Source: Laetmonice hystrix
Taxonomy: Eukaryota
Assembly: GCA_965235115.1 (NCBI GenBank)
Contig: OZ249445.1
Span: forward strand, 4,340,001-4,404,000
DNA: 64,000 bases
Direction of reading: 5' to 3'
The notes below the pieces were generated by a model, which did not search any database, was not told where the DNA came from, and was given only the letters and a program-made list of their open reading frames with translations. The position numbers and the translations under genes were made by a program. Numbering within the stretch: the stretch's first letter is position 1; each line of letters starts with the position of its first letter. Below are positions 12,217-23,600 of the stretch, in pieces.

Positions 12217-12228
12217 TTATTTATTTAT
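12217..12228 (+). promoter_or_regulatory. AU-rich element in the probable PPP1R15 3' UTR
   Basis: TTATTTATTTAT (overlapping AUUUA pentamers) about 670 nt after the stop codon; a candidate AATAAA lies at 12604-12609. Confidence 0.4.
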
Positions 12229-14134
12229 GGCAATGTACACATGGATAATTATTAAGCAAGACTCGTTAACATGAAACTCATAGAAGGAAAATTAAAATTG
12301 AAAATTTTCATATTAATTTATGGATGAGGATCACTGAACAGGACATATGGTGTTGAAGTGTTCTATTTGCTATCGTCAGTTATCAGAAAGTTAATATTGG
12401 AATCCATTGTGTTTGATAAGAAGTCAGGAAATGGCAGGGTGCTTAGTGATGTAATTCTGGATGGCCGTACCACCCACATGATTCCTCATTCACCCTCGTG
12501 GTTTATATAATTCATCTACCCAGCTCCAAAAACTCGGGATACGCTACGACAAATTATCAGAACGTGCAGTGTCGTGCTTTGAACAGTGATGTGCACACAA
12601 ACAAATAAACTTTTATTAAAATTGACTGGGCATTAGAAGAAGTTTAAGGTTGGTGGCTGATTGAATGTTGGAATAGGAAGTGTTTTCACCTGTATGTTGG
12701 GATCATAATAATGTCTTCAGTGTTGTACTGAAGAAATATTGTCGACTTGGTACTCACTGAGCCATTTATAGCATAATACGGTTATACCTAACACTACATT
12801 GTCTTTATTTCAGTAAGCACAGTCATTATTTCTTTCGCAAGGACTGTGCCTAAAGGATAATGTAAATAAAGGAGAAGCATGTACCCCTGGCCGGTACATT
12901 TACTTGTATATTTTGAAGATAATAAATGTACAAAAAGTATATGGCCGTGAACAGAGGCTAAATAGGTGTTGATGGTAGTGTATTTTTTTTTCAACAATAG
13001 TATTCACATTTATTAGACAGCGTATCTGGGTTTAAGAGTTGGTTTTTTTTTGGGTGGGGGTGGGGGCGCAAAAATCGTAAATATAGACATAAATAGAATT
13101 TTTTTATGACTGCCTAAGTTCAATATGCGCCTAAGTTTGATGCGTCCTGTTCACCAGTATCTGATGCAATACGTCGGGCAGGTCGCCAGGTAGGCGGTGC
13201 CGACGTGGCCCAGCCTGACCCAGGCATTGTCTCAGGCCAGTCGGGGACGTGTGGGTGGGTGGGTGGGTGGTCACAATGCATGGTTAAAGGTCCTGATAAC
13301 AACAATCCCACCATTCGCTGATCACGTGGACTCACCACATAGGCTTACTGCACACTCTGAGCATCACCATAGCTCCTTTATCAAAAGGTCAAGCCTTTTA
13401 ACACGATAGAAGAATACCGTTTTGGGGTATCACAAATTTTGAGGGGGCCTAAAAGGCTAATGATAATGTCTGGCTGTTAGCCTATTTATATTGCTAGTAT
13501 TATTAATATTAGTTTGAGAAACTCTAACCCTGGCCTATAATATTACTGTAAATCACTTTAATTTGGCGTGATTAAAATTTCGCGTTTTTTTTTTCATTTT
13601 GGGCTGGTTTGGCGTTTCTTAAATTCGCGTTTAGGCAATGGCATCCCGATCTAAAACTAAGTAAAAGTAGACATGTAGGCCCATTAAATTCAACAATTTT
13701 AATTCCCCACCCCGCAAATACAACAAGAACTAGGGGGGCATAAGAACACAATAAGTAGGCCTACTGTTTTAATATAATATGGAACTATAATATTGTGACG
13801 TCAAACACATATTTAACACAAAGCGGTAGAGTTAGCAACGTGCTGTACTCTGCCTGGAGTGGTCGTTTTGGGAGGCCCCAACCACATGCACCGTGCCACC
13901 CATTCTCGGAACGGTCAATATACACCAGCGCCTACTGGCGGCACTTTTATGAAACCTTGACAGCTGAAATGATTTTACATTAACAACACACGTTCGACAC
14001 GATTCCTTTTTGTCAATTGACTCAGAATCTGCAGGAAATCCAATCATCATTTCCTTTGACTTCTTAACTCCCTCTTGACACGCGATAAGCATTATTTCGT
14101 TCGTCGCTATGAACGTTTGAAGTGCCGAACCGAA

Positions 14135-14339
14135 GCGAAGTTCCACCGCTGCCGATGAATCGTGATTAGTTCCATAATTTCCGCTAGATGGCACGGAAAA
14201 GGGTGCTGCCATCTATCGTTTTGACTTGGAACTCAATATTAGTTCAGAGTTAAAACGATAGATGGCAGCACCCTATTTAGTGCCATCTAGCGGGTATTGT
14301 GGAACTAATCACGATTCATCGGCAGCGGTGGAACTTCGC
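14135..14339. repeat. About 205-bp foldback palindrome (MITE-like), arms about 99 bp
   Basis: The outer 40 bp are a perfect inverted repeat (GCGAAGTTCCACCGCTGCCGATGAATCGTGATTAGTTCCA). The remainder of the arms is near-perfect and the central loop is about 7 bp. No clear target-site duplication. Confidence 0.85.
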
Positions 14340-14594
14340 AATTTTAGATCACAATGACATGAAACCGTTCAAGAATCAGGCATAACTTGGATGTTTCTAC
14401 AAAAGGATAACACGAAAACCTTTGTTGAGGCAACTTTTAAGGAATTTATGAAACATCATACAAGTTTCGGCCTACCAAGTGACCCGATGCGACAGCAGCG
14501 CTACAACGGCTAACAACGGTAGACGACATTGGCGCCCTCTTTCGTGCAGTGATCGTAAAACTTACGTCAGAGGGCGCTACCAACCCGAACCACG

Positions 14595-14602
14595 ACTTCC
14601 GG
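14595..14602 (+). promoter_or_regulatory. ETS/GABP-type site in the CCDC91 proximal promoter
   Basis: ACTTCCGG about 80 bp upstream of the start codon, in CpG-rich sequence. Confidence 0.4.
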
Positions 14603-14682
14603 GGGAGTGGTGGCCTCCAGACGACAACGTGGAGGATCAATAAGTAGAAACTTTCCGACCAGGGCGAACGACAACTGCCACC

Positions 14683-17600
14683 ATGACAACAGAAAAGAAC
14701 CAGGTAAACTTTAGGGAAACTAGAGACTTTAGACATAATGGAACTCGCGAATAAAACCTGTCGAAAAACGTGACTGCAACGGCAGTGCAAGACCGCGTTT
14801 CTTGACAACTTTGGTTTGGCTTGGCCTTGGTTGGGAACGCAGCGTTCAACCACGACTCGTCAAACTAGAGCCTAGGCTAGGCCTCGTTAAACTCGAGGCT
14901 GGGCCTCATCGTCTGCAGTTAAAACTTGAAGGTTGCTTCGTCGGTCGATTGATCTGATGGTAGTCTAACAGGAGTGAAGTGAGGAATAGGGTACAAGTTC
15001 CTGTTAATTTATTAATAGGCCTATTATTAAGTAAGTTAAACCTCTCAATCATAGTCATTAGTAGTCATACCCTGTCGCACACAGTCACAGACTCGCAGGA
15101 CCCATAATTAGAATATATGCACTGTATGCACTACAACTGACCTAATTAATACTACTAGTCCAGCACTTTTATCTTCCACCTCTTGTATCGACGGGTGCAG
15201 GATGGGGGTCACAGAACTCAAAACAGATTTGTCAAATAACCCAGTATAACTGTAACTTGTTGTGTAACGTTATACGGCCAACGTTATATGTTTTGTGGAC
15301 TTTTAGGTGAATGATGATTTCGGACTGGATGATGATGATGACTTTGGTGATTTTGGAGGGTTTGAGGTAGAGTAACTTTCTTTCTTTAAAAACAAATTGG
15401 TAAAGAAACAGGTTTTAAGATGCTTCTGGAGTTATAAATTATATTTGTCTTCTTTTATGTTTCAATGAAGTTCTTGTGTGTTTAAATGAAGGTGGCTGAG
15501 CCAGTGGTTCCACAGGTAGCACAACCTGGTATGCCAGGAATGACAGCAACACCCTCACCTTGGGCTTTGTTTCCAGGTAAGAGTAAAAATATGCCCCACA
15601 AACAAAATTGCTTCAAACTCCCTCCTGATTGACGGCAGCCAAGTAGTATCTCAGACATAACAATTTACATTACATACAGCTCTTACTTGACAGGAGTTCA
15701 GCCAACAGCTGAACAAGATACATCAGTGCCACCCGGAGGAGAGTCATCGATACTATCAGACCAACCAGAAAATCTCACAGATGTAACAGAGGCCACATTC
15801 TCACTAACCAAGACTGCGACAACAACCGAAACAACTCCACCAACATTTAGAGCAGACTCTGATTCAAATCTTGAGTTGGACCATGACCAGAAAACAAAAG
15901 TAAGGAAATGAAAGTAAAAATTATTTGCACTTCTTAGATTAAATTAAAAAAGACAAAGGACGATAAAATTGTAACAGCTTATTAGCGTCTCTTACTTGTT
16001 TCAGATGGATTGGCCAAGGGTGAATATATGATTTGCCTTGAGCACTTAATTCATTTTACTTAAACATTAGGGTTATTTTTTATTACTTTACCCTAAAAGC
16101 CCTTAGTGGAGGTCTCACAACATGAAGTGGGTTTTTTTTCAGGAGACTCCTGTACCTGAGGCCACAAAGCAAAACAATGACATACCAGCAGGCTCTGCAG
16201 CTGTAGCACTAAAAGAAACATCAACAAATGTGGGACAGAACAAACCATTATCAAAGCAACCGATGGAAAAGCTGTCCACTTCAGATTCAAAAATACAGGG
16301 TGCTTCAGTTGATACGGATGAGTCCCATACGTACGTACAAATTTGATTGACGAACCTATAATTTTAAGTAAGCTTGGCCCAGAAGGGCCTTATACTTATT
16401 TCTTAAGTTAAATTATGAAACTTAACATCTGCGGAGAGACGGTTACTAAAGAAAGTCCCTCTAAAACCAATAATAGATAACTGGATTGCAATGTAGGAGA
16501 TAAGGATGGGGTTAGGTTTCTATGACCATGAAATTCTTGAGGAAATGTGGTACAACTGTCGGGGACCCCAGTGATTCATTTGATATGAAGTGCAAATCCT
16601 AGGATATTGTTGGATGATGCTGAAGTCATGTAGTGTGGTGATGACTGATTTACAAATTCTATACCAGAGATGGCAGGAAGTCGGTCGATACATCTCCGAG
16701 AGTTGAAAGTACCGATCATTTGATGGCACAACCCAGTGAACAGCAGAAACAGAAACTCTCCCAGCTTCAAACGACACTCGGGACAGTGCAAGCAGAGCGC
16801 GACATTCTGCGAAAGGTCTGATATAGCCCTTGCTTTGGAAAGGATTTTTTAACTGATCAGGGCCCGGTTCGCGATACTAAGATATCTTGCTTAAGCTTAA
16901 GCTTAATGCAACTGATTGGCTAGTTGTCACCGGTTTAAGCAAGGCAGCTTAAATGTGTGACAATCAGCCAATCAGAAATCTTAAGCTTAAGCTTAAGCAA
17001 GATATCTTAGTATCGCGAACCGGGCCCAGTAATATGTTTTGTTGTCTTTGCAAGAAAGTGAGAGTGAAAGCGAGAGTGAGTGTACGGATGACACTGCATT
17101 TGGAATGTATGGAGATCGATGAATATTTTCATAGTTAGATTAGTAGATTATGAGAAAAACTATTGTATAATTGACATTTAAAGATATGATCATAGGAACT
17201 GGAGTCAGTGACATCAAACCAGGAACGCTGGAACCAGGACCTGCAAGATTGTAAGGAGCAACTTGAACAACAAATAAAGAAATATGACACCCTGCAGGTA
17301 GATATACTACTATCACAATGAGTTTTAGACCCAGGATTGTATGAATCAAAAGTGCTCAATAATTTCTTTATTCCTTATGGAGATTGATTACATCAATTTC
17401 ACATAAATAGGTTTTGAACATTAGGCTGTAAGGTTATGGATTAGTGTATGTTCTGTTGTGAAATATGAGAAGGAATGGAGTGGCTGTCAGAATTTCTGGT
17501 ATAGATGCTGTGTCTGGTAAGACTGAAGGTACAGTATCGGTGTATATTGTATTGTCATTATCTTAGTCAGTGGATACATTTAGTACTTAAGATGATTTAT

Positions 17601-20600
17601 ACTAGTTTTATCCCCTTACATTTCAGGTAATTCATACAGAGGCCCTTTCAGAGATGAGAAAAGCTGGACATGATGCTCTTTCTGTAATCATCGCTGAATA
17701 TAAGGTCAGACATACCACAACATACAACTTTATCGCCATGTATAGTCACAGCTGACTCGTGAAGATCATGCTATCATAAAATTGAAAGCAGATAACCCAA
17801 TCTTTGTCACATATGAGTATTGACTGCCAGGTCTTGTACAACAATAATATTACCAGTACACATATTGGAAATATTGTCCAGATTTTTGGTGGGTGAAAAA
17901 GAAGCTACTTGTTATGTTATATGTTGAAAGCAGTAACACTGGAACCTAGATTTTTACCTTTACAGAAATTGGCCCATTGCTTACAAGTATGTTATATTGA
18001 TAAAGCCCTATTGATATTTGAATAAAATGTTTGAGTGAAAATGTCTAGTCACATAAGCACATATTTGCAATTATCTTAAATCTACACCAGAATACAGTTA
18101 AGTTAAGATCCAGGAAACCTAGATCTGTTATTGGCACCGTTCACTATGATAGTCTTAATTGTTACGTTGACCCTTCCAGAGAATACTGGAAGGATAAGTA
18201 AGGCACAACTGACCTATAGGCTATACCCTGATAGAAAGGCTTTACCAGCTTTTTACAGAATTAGTGCTTGAGCCAAACTTTAGGACAAAGTTTGATCTTC
18301 AAGCAGAGAGGAATATTGATAACCAGTCAATGATGTGGCTATATCATGTGAAGAATGTGCATGGAATATATTTTAATGTGACTAAGTAACAGTTTTTTCA
18401 TCTCATTTTTTAACAGGAGTTAAGCCGGAAAGCAGTGCTGCAACAGCAGGAACTCTCTCAGCAGGATATCAAGGAAGCGCTTACAGAGGAAGCCACTAGA
18501 TGGCAGCTCCAGCTAAAAGAACAGGTCTGCTTCCTTTGCTGGAAACTATATATTATTGTAAAAGTTTTTAAAATCTACATCTCTTAGAATAGGTCTCTTA
18601 GAATAAGTCTAAACAAAGGTACCCGAGGGAGGTTTTTCTGAGGAATATATGGGCTCGAGGCTTTTATTAATACATTAAGTGTTGTACCAAGAAATGGTAA
18701 ATGTTTCCATTTAATAGTAATATAAAATACTGGGGATTTTTTTTTACAGAGAGAGCATCATGTAGAGGATCTCGAAAGGCTGAAAAGTCAAATACAGGAG
18801 GAACTGAAAAATACATTGGAAACAGGATGCAAAGAACAGCAGGTAAATCCATCAGCTGACATAAGAGCCACATAAATAGGGTGGCATTGAATTGTGGTGG
18901 TATGTCCATATCTAGTCATAATGACCCTAAACATATGTTGTCTGTATCAATGTTACATAGCCAACAAGAAACTCTCCATATACTGTATATATAATGCACA
19001 AAATGTTTTTCCTACCCCTCTCCACAATTTATTTTCCCCACCCATGTAGTCTATGTCTATGTTGAGATAGATGTAAAATACATTATATTTAATTTTTTAT
19101 TTAAGAACATTGAATGGGTGTTGCTCAACACAAGTTCAAAAAGGGTGTGAAAAAACTTTTTGTGGAGAGTATACCAAGGACAGTGAACATTTCTATTGTA
19201 TGAGGACTTGTACGACTATTTTGATTGTAATGGCAGTGAGAGGAAACACCCTGCTTGCCAAGAGCAATGTATGAGTACAAGTACTGGTGCTGTACTGGCA
19301 CTTTAAACCATATTTATTTATTTAATTTGTGTGCATTTAATGTTGTAGTCTACTCTAGAAAAGACATTAGAGAGCGAGCGCCAGAAACACAAGGAGGCTA
19401 TGGCCAAAGCTGTTCAGGTGAGTTGGCCTGCTTTAGGATAAAAAGTCATCTGTCGAGGAAGATTGGATGAATGAATGAACGGGTGTAATGCCTAATATTC
19501 ACAAAACTCAGTTTGATTATTACAGATAAGATGTTTAAATAGTATGATTACATCTTGGTTTTGGCGGGATGCAAGAGAGACAAGTGGAAAAGTTTTCAAG
19601 AGCTTTATGTGGTAGAGCGAGTGAAGATGAATGAAGGAATGAATGGATGAATCAAATCATGAGAACTTAACAGCTGGAAATGCATAACTAAAAGCTCAAA
19701 CAAATTTATTGTTTTAGATGAGATTTTTTAAAAATCTGTTTTGATTTTATAGGAGGAAAGAGAAAGGAGCGAAGAAGCCTTACAGGAGGCTTTACAGGCC
19801 GAGAGAGTGAAAATGAAAGCTCTACTCAAGGAGGAGCAGGTAAAGAACATCATGAAGTACTTTTTCGATAAGTCATTCAGATTAAGAATTCGGTTGGGGT
19901 GAGTAAGTAATGGGTTATTTGAACCTTGACTCTGAGGAGAGTGTTTTGATTTTAATGGCTTTAATTTTTGCCCTTTCCTCATCAAACAGGATAAGTTTCA
20001 GGGTCTGATTGCCGAGGAACGTGAGAAGAGTGCCTCTGTCATGAAGGAGGCAACCACTGCTGAGCAGCTGCGCTGTGAGGTAAGGCTTGATTAAGAAATG
20101 ACAGGTTAATCAACTGGCGAATTTTACCATAAAACCTCTGATTGAAGATACAGTTTTAATTAGAGGTTTTATTGACAATGTGGTATGCTATAATTAACAT
20201 TTTTACGAGGTGAAATGTGATAATAGTGGGACCGTGTGAATAAGGCCATTTCTAGTTAGAACTGCTGTAATGTATACAGTCTGTATGCCTGCAGCAATGT
20301 ATGAAAAAGGCCGTAGAGGACGAACGACAGCGAGGAGAGAGTCGGGTTCAAGAGGTCATGGAGCATGTGCAGAAAGAGATGAAGTCTTATGTAGCAGAAC
20401 AAAAATTGGTAGGTGATATTTTTGTTTTGTGTAGGTTATTTCAAGAAAGTAAACTGGTTGTATGTGAACTTTAGGACCTCTTCATGTGTAATAGAGATTG
20501 TCACGTGGCTACTTAACATGTTTACTTGTAATCTAGGCCGACGACGCCCTCCGGCGGCGACAGTGGACATCAATCGACCTCTTCCTGGAATGTTCTCGCA

Positions 20601-20668
20601 AACAGCTCGACATGCTTCTCTCCGACCCGCCACCTGGTAGCGGAGACACGAAGTTCGGTACTTCGTAA
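14683..20668 (+). CDS. CCDC91: Coiled-coil domain-containing protein 91 (p56, GGA-binding partner)
   Basis: 14 phase-consistent exons: 14683-14703 (gccaccATG, MTTEKNQ), 15307-15366 (VNDDFGLDDDDDFGDFGGFE), 15492-15576 (..PWALFP), 15694-15899, 16143-16330, 16668-16815, 17196-17297, 17627-17704 (EMRKAGHDALSVIIAEYK), 18417-18524, 18750-18842, 19349-19417, 19753-19839, 19990-20079, 20295-20408 and terminal 20537-20668 (RRRQWTSIDLFLECSRKQL); counting the terminal exon this is 15 segments. These match the human CCDC91 motifs DDFGGFE, PWAAFP, DMRKAGHEALSIIVDEYK and RQRSLSSLELFLSCAQKQL as I recall them. Confidence 0.92.
16861..17026. mobile_element. PIF/Harbinger-like MITE in a CCDC91 intron
   Basis: Perfect TIRs of about 45 bp (GGCCCGGTTCGCGATACTAAGATATCTTGCTTAAGCTTAAGCTTAA), flanked by a 3-bp CAG duplication at 16858-16860 and 17027-17029. 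Confidence 0.85.
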
Positions 20669-23600
20669 AGCCTGCCATCTAGCGGGTGATACGGGAAACA
20701 AGTTTCGGGGAGAATTTAGCTCCGTGCATTTTATGGTCGTGGGTGGGTATAAAACTAGTACATTAATCAGATAAGTATTGTTGAATGTTGAGTATTATGG
20801 CTTTTTGTTGGCCATCTGGTATGGCAGTTATTCATTCCTTGTTATGGAAGTCATTATGATAAGGTTTTATGCTGTACTCAAGCCTTAATTTCATCGTACC
20901 CATCTAGCATTCACATACACCGTGATATATTTGTATGAGGCTTTTCTTCATCTATTATCAAGTAGGTGGAATGCAGGCATTATTTACAAATATCATGCAG
21001 CCCTCCAACACACAGTTGTTTATCATATAAAATATTAAACTGATGTAACTTACCCCAGGGATTTACCGTTAGCAAGGTTACATCAACAATCTATGAAATG
21101 TTAGTACAAGGGAAAGATACAGTAATATACGCTGCATCATCACATGAAATGGTCGAAACAAAATATTGACATCTCTCCAAGTGCAGGCCCCGGTTACAGA
21201 ATCTGGAAGAAATTCAGGCTGATATGAACAATCTGTCTCTCTCTTTCGGAACAGGGACCAAAATAATATTTACAAGATAATTTCCATGGCAATCAAATAA
21301 AGTTTTGGTATCCAGCCGGCATGGTAACATCATAAGACGAAACGTATCTGGTATTTTTATTTCTAAATACAAAACGGGAGAGTAATAACAAATCACTCAC
21401 GTCCAGAATATTGCATTTTTCTTTTAAATATTGGCCAATAAGCCATTTGAAGTGCTCATTGAAGGGCAGAGTGTCCCGTATCGTTTCCATCTTCCACCTA
21501 ATCCCACCACCACTGCGGGATTTTAAGCGATACTTTCCTTTTCGCCCACGTCCTGCAAGATTTCCGTAACATACACAATAATTATAAGGTCGTCTATGAC
21601 GTAATAACGTGGCCATTGATGACGTAATAATGTATACGGAGTACGCGTTTTTCGTGAGTGTATTTGGATGGCGACGCGGACACCGACTAACCAACCGAGG
21701 AGAGGACGAGGAGCAGACTCTATACCCCTGGCGTGTCTAACCAACCACAGGTAGTGTAGGAATAGATTCATTCCAAGCAAATCAACATTGGTTCTACTTC
21801 TAGCAGCACACCTTACTCTTTTTTGTTGTTGTTTATGTAGATCTATGTATTTGGACATATTTAATGTGCCAAAGAGCACAGCAATACGTCACACGTGTTA
21901 TTCTGAAAATTAATTATACTGCAAAATAAGAAATACATGTATTATTCAGATATGTTTCTGGCCGACAATAACCGAACAATGATTAGTGACATTTATTGGT
22001 AGATCTATACTGACGAATGTAGTTAGCAAGGTAATGTAATTTTTGACTTAGCCTAAGTTAGGGGACGTGTGTACTGAGATCCGACATTTGCGACGCCAAA
22101 CTAGCCGAGTTGAATATCCGGGGTAAATATGCTCAATTTTTTTATAAAAAAATAAAGAAAATCGAGATAGCATTGCGATAGAAGGTACGAAAGGAAGTGA
22201 ATTCAGCTTTTTGGAAACTGAAACGGGTAAGCGGTTGTTTCCGGATAGGTAGGGCCATAACGGTAGAGACGAAACGAATTATCGGGTTCTAGATTCACTA
22301 ACAAACTGTTATAGGCCCCTACTTTTGGATTGAGAGGAAGAGTGAGTAGTATACTAGTATGAGCATGAAGATTATATCGCACAAGAAGCTCCCGCTCACA
22401 ATTTTAAGATGCAGTAAACGCAGACGGAAATTGCTAGCGACAGATCACGGAGGGGCACTCAGTGAGAACATTGATCTATCAATTTTAGAAGGCACTTGTG
22501 TGCCCAAAATGTTAATTTGTATAGACTACTTGTATTGTTACTATGGGGATAACGGCTCCTCCCACTGCAAGGTACGAGGTCGGAAGGGCAGCGGCGTATC
22601 TGGGGGGGGGGGGGGGGGTTCCAGGTATCCCCCCCCCGTTGAAAAAAATCACTATATTAAGCAGGACATTTTTGTTAAAAAAAAGTATTAAAAATGCATT
22701 ATTTTAACAAAAGGACAAGATGTCCCGAGATTACATTATTTGATATCCTTTTATTAAATTTCCCGAGGAACACGGCCAAATGACCATCCCTGAAGTACCT
22801 AAACTTCGAAAACCTGCCCCTTAAAAAATGGTTATTGACCAACTCGCATCATGTACTCCTGCCAACTTCATGCCGTCATGTGAATGTTTCTCTAAGATAC
22901 TTCATCCTGTCTGAAAATGGTACGTGACAGATATTTTAAGCCGGTCGGCCGTACCCGTTCTAATTTAGCTTTACAAGGGCTAAACCTGCCAATCGGTGAG
23001 ACAACTCTCTTTATGAAATAAAATAGATAATCTTCATTAATCCTACAGACTGTCTAGATAAACAATCATCCAAATGAGTCCCGATGGGATTAAACTTGCT
23101 AGAGTGGCTGAGGAGATTTACAAGTATCGCATCGGATAATGCACACGCGACGCTGCAGTGTATTGATTCAATGTTTGAAGTGGCTTGAGACACGGAGGCA
23201 CGGCGCTATCGGACGCCTCAAGCGTCCCATGTAATTGCAGATGTGAAATGTGTTGGATTGTTGTATGCACTTGAGGTGTTAATGTGACTTTATTCAGGGT
23301 CATCACATTGCAGTGTTAATATCATTGATTCAAGAGGAGTCAGACCCAGATAGCATGACGTGCTGTCTCTACGGGACAAGGTTTAACCCCATGCTCATGG
23401 TAAACTCATTTCTCGCCATGAAAATATCTCATTCCAATATCTCAGTACACATGTATTTCCATAAAAAACGGGCAGGACTCCCCCATTTGGCGCAGATCCA
23501 TATTGTACATACCTGCCAAACCAATCAGTCCGCAGTCCTCAAAATATATTAGGGAAACACAATGGCCAAATGGACATTAATTTTCCCACATAAGGCGCAG

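Noticed and set aside
21180-21290. Plus-strand peptide LSLSFGTGTKIIF resembling an Ig/TCR J-segment FGxGT motif
   Set aside because: No recombination signal sequence, no V or C exons, and no donor after the motif; a chance match.
22743-22751. ATATCCTTT, a U12-type 5' splice site
   Set aside because: No associated exon or branch point. The same 9-mer also occurs antisense within a GABBR2 exon, and about one chance hit is expected in 64 kb.
23084-23188. Short ORF MGLNLLEWLRRF... resembling an Arf-like N-terminal helix
   Set aside because: It stops after 34 aa and no GTPase motifs or continuing exons were found.
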